Of a stretch of DNA of 64,000 bases, positions 41,001-54,450 are shown one piece after another. The number at the start of each line of letters is the position of its first letter. The first letter of the stretch is position 1. The translations under genes and the position numbers were made by a program. The notes under the pieces are model-generated. The model was given only the letters and a program-made list of their open reading frames with translations, was not told where the DNA came from and searched no databases. The stretch lies in the NCBI RefSeq assembly GCF_000150275.1, contig NW_002060947.1, positions 7,487,880-7,551,879 of the forward strand, in the 5' to 3' direction. The stretch is from Trichoplax adhaerens (lineage: Eukaryota > Animalia > Placozoa).

Positions 41001-42022
41001 TGACGCCTTGATGAATTACCGTAGTTATTGGAGTTATAGCTGGCTCTACCACCAAAGAAAAAGATTTTCTTTCCCAAAGCCAGAACTGCAAATTGTGTCC
41101 GGGCGAAATTATTATCAGTATATAATAATTTAGCGTTTGGTGTCAGATCAGAATAGACAAACAAATTTTGATAATTTTGTTGTTCTAGAGTTAATAGAAG
41201 AGTGTCATGATGTTCTCTTGGTTGTGTTTTAGCAGAGAAGAAACGCTCGGGCATAAAATGATAATTTTTAGCTCGATGTAAATACATTTGACATTGAAAT
41301 TCATGAACGATAAGGTCTTCACTTTCCACTTTAGCAATTAAAGTTTCAACCGGAATCAATGCTAATCGGACACAATTTAATAACTTGGGTAGTTGTTCAT
41401 TTCTTGCTTTTAGATCCGATCGAATCCATTTCATTACTGCATTAAAGACACTAATTTCTTCAATCATTTTTAAATGAGGCATAGGTAAGATATTAATTAA
41501 GTGCTCGTAGGACATTTCAACAAATGAATCGGTTTCGACAATTTCCGAGAAATGGTTAGCGATATAATTATCCGCCGCTTCGCCTAATGCTTCAAAATGA
41601 TGAAATTGGGCGAAATAACGAATTTCCAAGCAGTTACTTGGAGCTAATAAATCGCTTATAAATTGGCAGCATACATGAACAATTTCGTCGACACCGAGCA
41701 TTGACGACGTGACGGCTACACTTTGGACATTATTGGTATTAATTTCAATTTTACCTCGATAGAAATAATCAATTAAGATAGCGACTGCTTCTCGATCGGC
41801 TTCTTTAATTTCCACACTATTTTGTTTGCTTTCAGTTAAATTGCCGGTAAACATGGCATGAAAGTAAGTACTATTGCTTGCTAACACGATACGATGGCAA
41901 TGGTAAGTTTGATGGCCGATTTTCACTTGGATATCACATAGTTCTCCATTGGTGTATAATTGATGTAAAGTTTCGATTGGAAATTGCGAGCGTACATAAT
42001 TGAGAACACTATCCGACTCCAT
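38015..42022 (-). CDS. Kelch-like protein (BTB-BACK-Kelch), 3 coding exons (42022-40990, 39841-39194, 38151-38015)
   Basis: BTB (LCDIQVKIG...CHRIVLASNSTYFHAMF) and BACK (SNCLEIR..., EEISVFNAVMKW) domains. Kelch repeats carry GG pairs and VE(I/K)YD..W motifs. The last exon (DFTSQNQPYHSDLVEKYDPVHDSWEL...*) was found by splicing. Upstream exons are possible. Confidence 0.92.
40290..40800. repeat. Intronic degenerate array of about 80-105 bp units (about 6 copies)
   Basis: CAAAGCT...TTGAGCAATAGC.AATTTGGTTGAAATC-like motif recurs. Confidence 0.75.
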
Positions 42023-42469
42023 CTTGATATTTTCAACTTGGCTTGGTTTAATAGTAAAAACTGACTGGAATGGCAAGGGATCAACTAAAACGAGTGTGGA
42101 TAAGCAGAGCTAGATGATCAAGTAATGCAAGCGTGCTTAGCAACCTGATCTCATCGTTTATGGATGTTGTCTCGGAATGAAGGATTTTGGATGCGCTTTA
42201 ATGGAGCTTTAAAATGAAATCGAAGGCACTGACTGTAATCTTAAAGTTTTTCTTGACGAAGCTGAGAACTAAAGGTGATTATCCTACAACTAATTTAATA
42301 TTCGATCGAGCGATGAGAAATTGGCGACACCGAGAGTTTCAGAAAATGTTGACCTTAGTGCATCGTTTATTGGTATAGCAATCATGGATTTCCTTTCTTT
42401 TATTAATGAACGTTTTACGTCCAATCGACAACGATAATTTCTCTCTCTAATCTTTGCAAAGGATTTTAT

Positions 42470-43200
42470 CCCACTTTAGACCAGAAAATAAAAGCAACTA
42501 CTCAATTCATTTACTGTTGCTTAAGTTTGAAAGTTTGCTGGAAAGCAATGAAATTTTTATCCGCTTTGATGAATGATTGTAAGTGAAATGGATCGTTGCA
42601 AGTTTATCCAGGCTAGGTCAGAAACTAAAAAGTGACCACAGAACTGATGCTCTACTGTCCTGTTGAAGCTTGGAAATTTACTGGAAAGGAAAAATGGGCA
42701 ACACAGGTCGTTTTCTCAGAGTTATGTTAATGTTGTCTTTAGTTTAGAGTTTGTTGATCCAGTGATAACGGCTAAATACTCTTCCCACTCTAGACCGAAA
42801 AACAAAAATAACTACACAATCGAATTGGTGTTACTTAAGCTTGACAGTTTGCTGGAAAGCGACGACAATTTTTTCCCACTTTAATGGATGCTTTGCGTGA
42901 AATGAATCTCCAACCTTTGCAAATTTAATCCAGACTAGATCAGAAACGAAAAGGTGAACACAAAACTGTTTTTTTACTGTCCTATTGAACAAGCTTGGAA
43001 ACTAGCTGGAATGGCCACCACGGATTATTTCTCACAATGTTGACTTTGCTTCTGAGTTGTTGATCCAGCGATGGCAGCTTTGATCCACTTTATTTAACGG
43101 CTTGCATAAAATGGATCTCCAATCTATGCCAATTTATCCAGGCTTAAAAGCGCGGATATACTGCCGTTTCAGTTTGGAAGATGATGGAAAGGAAATGGGC
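42470..43200. repeat. Diverged duplication of about 310 bp (2 copies plus a partial)
   Basis: CACT(T/C)TAGACC..AAAA.AAAA..AACTAC.CAAT at 42472 and 42786, plus shared AGTTTGCTGGAAAGC and TCAGAAAC.AAAAG. Confidence 0.7.
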
Positions 43201-44779
43201 AGGCAATGATTGTAATTCACAATATTAATTTTAATTGTCTTTTCCCTCACTTTAATTTATAGTATTGAACCTCCTCCCCAACATAATGTCTGGAAAATTC
43301 TTCCAGACTAACCCTCAAAATCAAAGTGATTATAGCACTGAGTTCCTAGTCCAATTTTGCAAGATCGATGGAAAAGGGATTGGTTGTAATAAAAATGGTT
43401 TTTATGGATAATGGATGATGCTATTCGGTACTGGATTAGATAGAGAATGGCTGCTGTTAGCGTCCTTTCATGCCACCTACGTCGTATTGAGCAATTTAAT
43501 ATGGAAGTCAATTGAATAATCAATCACCTTCTACTTGAATGGCTATTCTACCTTTGAAATTAGAAAATGCTTGAAGGCAAAGCAAAATTTTGACCTCTGA
43601 CTGCTGTTGCAATAGATATTCTATCGTATTTAATAACGTGGCTGCAAATCATGGACGAGATCTGTTGCTAACTCTAGTATCTCTTATTATGACCTATAAT
43701 TGTAATTGAATAATTAGATAAATTAGCGCAATTTCAAAGCCTAATAATTCTATGCTACTGTTGATCAATTGCATGATCATGGCCAATAATCCCAATATAG
43801 ACCTTAGGATCGATATCTATGTTGTCAAGTTTTTAATCCTTTCTTCCTTACCCGTGTCACCAAAAAAACTCTAGGATAATATTATTTTTACCTTGTGACT
43901 TTGTTGGATGCCATGTTGAAATTGCTTTTGAAATCTTTTACTCTACCACTTTCTAGACTATCTACAATCCGATCAATTTATCCAGTTATCCTTCCATTGG
44001 GGAAAAATTAATTCTAATTTGGATCAAATCACTCGAACAACGATTACAAGAATAATTCTGTTCATTTTGGTTGGCTTACGTCTGTGCTGGAAGGAAATTC
44101 TTGCCATTTAATATGGCTTCTCAATATCGTAGAATAGAATAGCGAAAGGAATGGAGATTGAGGATTGATTTTGACGGAATCTTGATGAATTTCAACGGTA
44201 ATTTCCCGTCCAAGAGAAGGAATTCAACCACTATTTTATCGTTCTAGATCACCTAATAGGTAAAAATAAATGGAAAAACACATTGTTAACCTTGATATTA
44301 AACCATTTTGTATGGCTATCAAAGTTGGTTATTAAATAGAGATCAATTTGCCAGAGGTAACTCTTGTACTGTATACTACGTCATTGGATCTCAATGTCTC
44401 CTATTACGTTGATAATATAGAAGGATTGGCATGTTTTGAAATGCATTCACCTTTCTATCTACTTTCTCTACATAAAGTAACAATAACAAGACTAAAGATT
44501 GTAAAGAACTTCTTTCACCTTATTCAAATGATATAATATCCAATGTTTTCCCATAATAGGTGTGACTATTCATCATGCAAGCCAATACAGTAACTAATTT
44601 AATGTTGATTAGGGCAGAACAACTATTGTTTATTAAGTTATTCTATTCTTTTGCCCAGTAAATTAGCTTGCATAATCAACAATATGACTGCTCGGGCATA
44701 TTGACGATCAAGATGATCCACCATTATTTATATAGGGCATCCATGGATAGAATGAATCGATACAGTATGGAGAAGAGGG

Positions 44780-45780
44780 GAATATCAAATCATCATGCAA
44801 GGATAATTTATCCAATTTATAATTGTAGATTGGATTCAGTTGCTGTCATGATCATGTCTAATAGAAATAAAATTGATCCACGGGTATGAGAATTGGATTA
44901 ATCAGAGCAACGATCATTTATTGATTCTATTCCTTTACCGGGGAAATCAGCTTGTATTCTAATCTATGACATTACTACTAGGCCATATTGACGATAAAGA
45001 GGATCGACAATTAATTCTCATATACGTTGTATATAACCAAGGATTACTAGAAAAGAGAATTGTACGAGTTCTTGATATAGGACATACTATAGGTAGATAT
45101 CATAAAGACGCCTAGATAGAGCATCGATCAAGAATAATAATATTCAATCATCATGACGATGGACGACTAGAAAAGAGAATCGTAGGAGTGCTTGATATAG
45201 GGTATAGGGTATACATTCGTAGATATCATAAATACGCGTACGAGTCCTTGATATAGGGCATAGATAGATATTAAAATACGCGTAGGAGTCTTTAATATAG
45301 GGCATAGATAAATATCATAAATACCGTAGATGAGGCTTGGATTAAAAATAATATTATTTTAAATCATGATGACGATTGACGACTAGAAAAGAGAATCGTA
45401 GGAGTACTTGATATAGGGTATAAATTTGTAGATATCATAAATACGCGTAGGAGTTCTTGATATAGGGCATAGGTAGATATCATAAACACACGTAAATGAG
45501 GCCTGGATCGAAAATAATATTATTTTAAATCATCATGGCGATTGACGACTAGAAAAGAGAATCGTAAGAGTGCTTGACATAAGGTATGGATCGATGCCAT
45601 CAGTATGCGTAGATGGGTAGGAATTGAGAAAAATAATATTAAATCGTCATGCAAGGATGATCTATTTAATTGCAGCCGTGATTTGGATTTCAATTTCAGT
45701 CATAGATATGTCGAATAGAAATGAAATTGATCACGTATGAGAAATGGATTAATCAGTGCAAAGATTATTTATTACGTTAT
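44780..45780. repeat. Compound array: GACTAGAAAAGAGAATCGTAGGAG units with internal subrepeats of about 45 bp, bracketed by a diverged direct repeat of about 140 bp
   Basis: Units at about 45046, 45164, 45381 and 45547. The bracket CATGCAAGGAT...AATAGAAAT.AAATTGATC...GGATTAATCAG occurs at about 44790-44930 and 45640-45770. Confidence 0.8.
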
Positions 45781-47519
45781 TTTATTCTAATCATCAGCGC
45801 ATGAAGAAAGTAAACAATAGTTAAACTCTTAATTTTCATTGCACGAGCAACTGAACGACATTTATGGCGTATCCAATTTCATTTTTATCCGTGATACAAC
45901 TCTAGCATCAAAGGCATTGAAAAGGACGGTTAAAATTGAATTTATTGAACCAGAATAGAAAGACGTTTACGTCAATAAAAGGAATCATCACGAACGTTCT
46001 ATCCTCTCATTGATTAAAATTTGAAGAATAGTAGTAAAATTCTCATCGATCATTTGATCAATTGACACTATATCTATTTAATAGATGAGGATTGAAAATA
46101 TTATAGCTGAAAATAAAGATATATATTTCATTAAAAATAAAAAAAATAAATGATCATCACGAACTATTTCTCATTTTAATCACTACTTATTCATCAGCGG
46201 ATGAAGAAAATGAATAGCAGTAACCCTATCGTCGATCATTCGATAAATTTAATTTTATTATTGTTAATCAATATATAATTCAAGATCATTTTTATTCGTG
46301 ATAGAAATCTTCTATCTTATCGATATCTATCCATTTCTATGCTTATATATATGGAGCTATCATCGCTTAGTCTATTTATGTACCATGATGATTGTTCAAA
46401 TAGATTAGAGACCAAAATGGAAAAATTGATTACACAAGAATGCTAATCCTAGCGTACTATTGGTTTACTCCTTTAACTAGCCATGTTGATTTTACATCCA
46501 CGTAAGTATTGATACTTTACATGATTATTATCTAATGATCAAGATATTTTAATATCTGCTCAAAAATGATGACTTCATGAATGACACAACTTGATGAATA
46601 ATTTTGTAAAAGACTACTACTAAGAAACAAAAAAGGCTTATTCTATGTTATAGTCTAGACTTGATTGTTTATATTTTTTGGCTATGATATCGACGCAATC
46701 AGCAGGACTACTCATAAATTGGCCAGGAATCAAGCTAAGATGACAAGATGTCTATTCTTTACTTTATAAAAGCATATCTTGTGGCAATAAATTCCATTTC
46801 AATAGCATTCATTGAGAATAGGATATCAACAAAGTGAACTAATAGTAAAGTAAAAGATTGTTTTAGAACAGCCTTTTATAATATTACATCCTCATATGAG
46901 AAGCCAATACAATTGACTTGATGACGCATATTGTAAATTAGAATTAAAAGTCAAATTCTTTCCAGATAAAAATGACTTACGTTGTGATGGATGAAGGCAC
47001 AAGCAATAACATGCTACCTTATGACCCATCAATATTGGTTCTAATTAGAAGCTACCTGTCGTTATGAACGTCATATTATCAATAAATGATGGATATTTTA
47101 AACGGGTGGAATGACAGGATCTCTCAGTCAATGGCATTGTCACTAATTTTAGTAGGAGTTTCATTACGAATACCAGTAATGAATTATGTACATCTTAGTC
47201 ATGTTCGCCTTTTTTAAATGGGTCAGTTATTTGTTAAATGACGGGGAAGTAAGATAATGAACATTAGTTATATTGTATTGAATGATGATTTAAAAATAGA
47301 AAAATGTTATTGCTCAAGAGATGCAGAGAGTGAGTTCTTGATGAAATTATTGTTTAACATATCGATATATTAATAAGATCAATTGATCGGATCGTGAATT
47401 AAAATAACAAGTCTGTCTACTACTTTAAGATTATAAAAGGCTACTGTTAATTAATCTTGCAATGTGTTCAATATACAGTTGCGCTTAGAGTTCAAGCCAA
47501 AATCTAGCAACAGATTCCT

Positions 47520-48070
47520 TTCATTTGTAAATTTAGAATGATAAGAGTTTTACTTTTAGGGCAATACAAATGAAAAGATGTTTAATTACGTACTCGTATG
47601 TAAAACTCATGGCGGAATATAAGAAAAACATCTTTCATCAATAAATCATGGATGATAAAGTTTTACTTTCACGACAGATAGAAATTATGAGATATTTAAT
47701 TCATATGTGTAAAGTGAAGTTCACACCAAAGTATGAGGGCTAACTTCTTACATTAGTAAATCGAAGACGATAAAGCTTTACTCTTAGGATGGATAGAAAT
47801 GATGAGATATTTAATCACATACGAGCATGTAAAATTCACACCAAATCTAGAGGTCAACTCTTTGCATTAGTGAATCAAAGATGATAAATTTCTACTTTCA
47901 TTGCCGATAGAAAGGATGAGATCTTTAATTATACATACGTATATAAGTTTATTCCAGATTATAGGGGTACCAGTTTTTATCAGTATATCAAGGATGATAA
48001 CATTTATTTTTAGAGCAGATATCAATGATGAAAGGTTTGATTATGCATGTAAATACAAAATTCGTGAATG
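47520..48070. repeat. Degenerate tandem array of about 114 bp units (5 copies)
   Basis: GATGATAAAGTTTTACTTT...ATAGAAA..ATGAGATATTTAAT-like motif at about 47538, 47651, 47766, 47880 and 47993. Confidence 0.8.
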
Positions 48071-50106
48071 AAATTTATTTAGGGAACTAAAGCTTTAATT
48101 TTAGCTTTGCTCCGATATAAGATTGGTACAAGTAAATTGTATAAAGATGAATACTAATTATCACATTCCCATAGAATGTCAAGAAATCAACGATTCGATA
48201 TTTCACAAATTTCGTCAACAATGATATTAGTATATCTTCGGTATTTTCATACTTTTTTAATGGTAGACTTATACAGTAGTATGGACTTGCCATCAATTAA
48301 TATAAAAATGGATTTATAATGATACAAAAAAATTATACTGTAATGAAATTGATAAGCAAGAAATTTCAAGGAGTATGATAACATTCACAACTGAATTATC
48401 TGCCTATCATTGATGAAGTCTGAGAGACGGTGCATTTAGTAAAGATAGGTTTTATTTACAACTGGCATGAACAGTATACTGTGTCTGTACTGGACGTAGT
48501 AGGTAATAGCAAATTTCCTACTGCATATAGTAGTGCGCTTACGCAAGCATTTGTAGACATAATTCCGGAATTATAGTTTAGACTTTGTTCAGCGAACCCA
48601 TATATTTATTCGTACTTATTTGACAATTCATTAACGATCTACTGTATTTCAGCATTTATTAGCCGGCTTGATCGGTAGATATTTTCCAACCTAGAGACTT
48701 GCAGGATCTCGATTGAGAACCGGTAGATATCTTCCAATTCACCCGCTACTCATGTATTAATAACAAGCATGTGGAGGATTCTTTGTGAGTTCTGGTCATT
48801 TCTAAATAGCGGGATATACTGCTATGACATAATTTGGATTTACAGTTTCTAATTTAGTACAATAGCCTTTGTAATAATCACTCAGTACGAAATAATATTT
48901 TATCAACAACGCAAGGCAAAGTTAATAGTGTTGAATATTGATCTTAGCCTTGCTGCTGCGCGCTCGATCCGTATGATTTGTGACAACATCAGAAAGATTT
49001 TACGTACCAAGAAGAATTTACAGTTACAAATGCGTTATTTCATATTTAAATTTAAACACATTAACCTACAAAAATCACCTCCTCCGGAAAAATAGGTGTA
49101 AAGAATTTTGTAGTTGCAAATGCGAATTAGGTAATATTGTCATTCGATTACTACTGGAAAAAATTCCTACATCTTCAGTATTAATGTTATTGCGTCGACA
49201 CTACTAATACAAAAGAATTATTAAAAGAAAGTTTTCTGAGATTACCGATACGATAGCCACTTCGTACAAACTTTTTTAACATGCTAGTAAATACGCGTAT
49301 ACATGATAATTTTTTAGTTATACACTCATTAAGTAACGACTCTTCCGTCACATATGAGAACTAAAATCTAGCCAAATATTTATTATGAACTTAATTCAAG
49401 TATCCCATATAAGTTATGACATTGGAATAAATAGAATATATTTGGTTCCAAGCAGAGTTGGTATACAAATTTACTACATAGAATAAAAGCCTTGTGTCCG
49501 CCCTAAATCAGCAAATACCGAGTCTACTTCGATTTACAATAACGTTTCGGCAACAGAAATAAAATTAATGTTAAATGATACAAATATTTTAATACAATTT
49601 CAATTGTCGACTGCTCTACGCACAAGACATTTAGGTTGCTGTGCTAAAATTTTATACAAGAAAACCGGATAAAAATTGAGTGTTGATTTATTGATTGTGT
49701 TACATTTTGACAATCATTCGGAGCTCCAGGTCCGGATTTATGATAATGTTGTCTCTTTTTCGCCAAATCGTACAACAGCAACATTTAACGTAAATTAGAT
49801 TACAATGATACAGGATAAATTAAAATTTCATAAAGCCGATCCCCACTGACATGGCAAATTTAATATCGAATTATGAAATAGCATCATCATAATACATTCA
49901 AGATTACACTCTCGATAAACCTCACGCTTCATTTCGTATCTTATTCGAAAACCTGCCTTGCTAAAAAGTTTGGCGATCAAAAATGATTAGGAAGAATTAT
50001 AAATCATGACCACAGTCTTTAATAGAAAGTCAATATTCATATCTACTAAGTTAAAGCATGAGTTATCGTCCAAAACTAATTTTATCCTACAGTATTAAAT
50101 TCTTAC

Positions 50107-53100
50107 CTATTTTTTTATAAATTTTTGACTAGTTTTACCAGTCTTTTTCTTACGTCGGCAGGCATTGCAAAACCATGCGTCTTCCTCTTTTGGCGCAATT
50201 TCTAAACCAACACATTTACTATACGATAGAAATTCATGGAGAATTGATCATTTCGAAAGCAGCATAAAAATATACAGCAGTAATGAATTTTTACTAACAA
50301 ATGAAACCACTTCTCGCATTCATCGCAAAATACCATTGATGATCCATCATCCAAAAGATGACAAACTGGACAGGGATCGTAAGAATTCGAAGTTTCGGTA
50401 GCCTTACCAAATTAAAACATAAAATATTAACATAATAACCCAGCATAATAGGTAATTCAATATGACGAATTTGTCAAGCTATCCCTTAAGCATTAATTTG
50501 CAACATAGCTTATTACATACATTGTTCGCAGTAGAGATTGTTTCATCGACAATTGCCTTTACATAAACAGGAGGCAGAGATGGTTTCGATTTTACACTGT
50601 CAAGTGGTTTGCCTTGACTACTTTTGTTTGATTTACTTTTCGTTGCCTTTTTGCTCCGATTACTTCTGTATAAAGTTAGCGTAAAAAGATTTGTCACAAG
50701 TAATGCAGTGTTTACTTATTTACGTGTATTGACGTACTTTTCTTCAATTTTCGATTTTTTTTCTGCTTGTTTATGGATCTTTGCAGAACCAGGCTTGATA
50801 TCTTCAAATTCAGATTTTCGTTTTTTTGATGGCGTTTTAACAGCTGAATTGTCGGCGATACCTGCTGGAATCTATACAAGAAATTTCATGCCAATTCGTA
50901 AGAACTCAAGCTATTAACTTATCTGAATTTTACACTGGCTATTGACTTGCCTTAAAGCTTAATTTAGGCCGCTTAGGAGATTCTATTGACTCTGTACCAA
51001 TATCACTGATTTTTCTTTTCTTTTTCGGTGTTTCAGGTTGACTTTTCGACTTGGGTACATCTACAGTAAACTGCGATGACGATATATTGTCAATGTTAGA
51101 TTTTACCAATTAAGAGCATTTGAAATAAAAAAGCTTAACCTTAGAATAAGCATTTTTAATGGGTTTGTCTTTCAATGTCAGCTTAGTAGACATATCAGCG
51201 CTAGTTTTTAGTGCAGGTTTATCTTTCTTTTTTCCAGCAATTTTAGATTTCTCTGATTTACTTTTATCTAACTTGGTTTTCGATTTCAAGCTGATATTCC
51301 CTTTAGAATCCTTCCTTTTAATATCCTGACTTTTTAAAGCCTTCTTTTTGTTATCATCTGTTGTATAGATTTTACTTTTACCCTCAGATTTATGCTTTCT
51401 TTCACTTGTATCTTTGTCATTCCCTTTACGTTTACGTTTGCTTTCAGCTTTAATTTTACTACCACCTTTGAATTTGTCTTTACCCTTGATTTTGCCATCA
51501 CTTTTGACTTTGGTTTTACCTTTACCTTGAACATTGCCTTTATGTTTGCCTTTAACCTTTTTTATCTTATCCTTCGGTTTAGCTTTCATTTTACCCTTTA
51601 TCTGATCTGTAACGCCGCTCAATTCGTCGATATATTTCTTAACCAATTTTTTTTCCTTAGTCTTCCCCTCATTGCTTCGCTTTGTTTTCAATTTTTCTCC
51701 ATCTGGACGTTTAACCTTGCTGACTTTACTGTTACTTACGTTAGCAACATTGCTATCGGATTTAGCCTTGTTAGTTTCAGATTTATTCTTATTTGGGGAT
51801 AATTTGGCAGCTTTCTCGATAATCTCAACACCGGAAAATGATTTTTTTTTCTTTTTCTTTTCATCCACTGAAGCTGTAATCTTAAGAACAATATTTTTCA
51901 TGGTCTGAAATTAAGAAAAAAATTGCGGTAATGTCTTCAACTTACTGAGCATTGCTTATCAAACAATCAATCAATCAATTAATTAGTAGAAAGGTAATTA
52001 CCATGACTTTCTTTGGGTCAACGAGAGATGATTCAGCTGCCGTAGGAGAATCCTTGGTTGTTTTCATTTCTGACTTACTATTAGAAGGCTTCAGTTTTGA
52101 TGCAGATTTCACTTTAGTTTTATTGATCGATGCGGCGTTGCTCTTCAAGATGACATCAGGTTGTATTGGCTTATTCGGTTCAGAATTGGTCCTTAGAGGC
52201 TTTACCATCGGCATAGACAATGTTGTTGGTTTCATTTCAGCTTCCTTGCTACTAGCGAGAGAAATGGCTCTGTTGTTAGACATGTGCCATTCTTTTCGAT
52301 CACTGGTATAAAGGGTGTCTGGTCGATAACGTTGCCTTAAATCTTCAATTTTATTTCGTTTATTAATTACAATAACTTCAGGTTCATTTTCAATACTATC
52401 ATGGCTTTCCAGATTTTCGGCCTTTGCTTGATCATTCACATCTCTTTTTACACTATCTGTAGCATCGTTATTTATTAACTTGGTATCTGTCTTTGTAATA
52501 TTTTCATCTATTTCCATCATTTCTACTTGTTTGGTACCTACTATTTACGAATATAATGGATGTTATGTCATCAACAGGTCAAAAATTGACAACTAATGTA
52601 TAGTAAGGAACATTTTTAAGCAGTTTAGATAAGAAAAAGTTCACGGTGTTATTCATCAAAGTAGCATTATATACCCGTGTGCCGTAGTATGACTAATGAC
52701 TGAAAATTAATTCCAATTGTGTAACTGATGAGTTGAAGACTGTGTAGATTTGCAAAATATATTGTAGGAGGCAACTACATCAACATGACTTACTTTCGTT
52801 AAGGTCATGATTGGGTGGGTGAAGATCAATGTGATCGCTGGCATTGGATTTTTGCTCGTCATCGTCCTCTTCAAGGTAGATGATTTTATCAGGTACAGGC
52901 ACTGGAAATGAATAATATTCTTGGCCTAAAGGAACCACATCGACTTGACCAATGTATTCAAGGACTTCTTTCAAATCGATACCAACATCGTCAAAAGCCA
53001 TCTGTAAATCATCCAAATTGGATTCTGTACGGCCGTCTAAATAAGATAGGGAAGCGATTTAATGCATCAATTGTCAACCTTGCTTGTTGTCATACGCGTA

Positions 53101-53991
53101 AAGTAGACTGTTTTTAATCTAGAAATATTTTTGTTATCTATCCAGCGTTGATGATTGGAAAGTGGAGAAACGAATCTTCATTTGCAGTCACTCTCTCTAC
53201 CGCAAATCATTTTATACTTGATATTGTGACGCGTATTGTACTATCACATTGTCATGATAAAGAGTTTGTATGTACTTTTGGAGAAATCGATTCCCTTTTG
53301 GGTCCTATGGACAAGGTTATCTAGTTTTGACTATGGCTTACTATTGAGTTGTACTTTATTGATCATTCTATGGTGTTTCCTTCTTGTCCAAATACAGAAT
53401 GATCAGCATTGGAAATGAATTGTATAGATGTGATGTTATTCACAGTCAATCTATCATTTGGATTGAAAGTGTAAACCATCTGAACGATGTTAATCGATCG
53501 TGTCATGATTGTGTATTGGTGTCCAACAACACGATACGATCGTACGAGTACAACGAGTACAGTATCCTTCCTCTATTCAAACTAATTAACACAACTTTCT
53601 GCCACTATTGCAAGATGTCATTTTCATTTTACAAGCAGTCTTTTCCGAGAGAATGAGGTCTGTTATCAGACACGAGATGCAGATAGCGTAAGATTGACAA
53701 ATGTACAGTATAATAAGGAAACTTAGTTGTCAACAGATCATGCAAGAGAATCAATCACTCCACTCTAGCTAATCAATGCTATGTCCATGAACATGCAATA
53801 GGAATGTATCAGTAGTAGTTACCATGAGCACAGTATAATTGTGTTCTTTTGCCGATATTGTGGATATGACGATTGATTAGATCGACCAAGACTTGCAAGG
53901 CTGAATCGGAGATGGATGTCCATCCGATAGCTAAGCAAATTTGAGCCACAACAGTCTGTAAAATACGATTACTATACTCTTCGCAATTCAT
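50107..53991 (-). CDS. TAF3: TFIID subunit 3, about 9 exons: N-terminal histone fold, long Lys-rich linker, C-terminal PHD finger
   Basis: Histone fold MNCEEYSNRILQTVVAQICLAIGW...HDGRTESNLDDLQMAF. KIVLKI-type motif (MKNIVLKI). PHD CPVC..DDGSSMVFCDECEKWFHFKCVGL..APKEEDAWFCNAC. Stop TAG at 50109-50107. Confidence 0.93.
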
Positions 53992-54249
53992 CTTTCTCCT
54001 TCAAGCAAGAACAACATTTCCCATCAGTTTCATTGCCATTAGAACATTCAATTTTCACCGTTGCAGCTTGTCATGACTATCCAATCCGCCATCAATCCTT
54101 TCTGGATTGAGTTCGCCAGGACTATGGCAGTACTCGCTTGGTGCACTCTACCCAATTGTAGGCTTGAGTATGGAATGCGTTGACTGACTGTGTCACTGCT
54201 TGCAAAGTGCAGACAATTGGGCAAGCTTTTTCTATTGGCTCTTGACGAG

Positions 54250-54360
54250 TAGAGTACAGTACAAAGTTTCAACATGTACTGTACGGTATTGTACGGTATT
54301 GTACGGTATTGTACTGTAGTATTATACGGTACTGTACTGTACTGTACTGTACGGTACAGT
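54250..54360. repeat. (TACTG/TACGG/TATTG)n pentamer-decamer microsatellite upstream of TAF3
   Basis: GTACTGTACGGTATTGTACGGTATT...ACTGTACTGTACTGTACTGTACGGTACAGT is directly visible. Confidence 0.85.
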
Positions 54361-54450
54361 TTAAATGCTTATCGTATAAACAGTATTGTTTCCATACGGC
54401 AACAGTAAGTCTAAGAGCAACTGCGACAGCGGCTGCGCGACTTTAAAGGG

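Noticed and set aside
46418-46506. Short ATG-initiated segment ending at a GTAAGT donor
   Set aside because: No in-phase downstream exon or recognisable product was found.
51334-52311. Phe/Leu-rich plus-strand ORFs and an alternate-frame ORF over TAF3
   Set aside because: They are mirror translations of Lys-rich TAF3 exons.
53236-53656. Plus-strand ORFs inside TAF3 intron 1, and other isolated 60-90 aa ORFs (for example 3136, 17914, 33236, 48980)
   Set aside because: They have no motifs or splice support, often start at non-ATG codons, and are of a length expected by chance.
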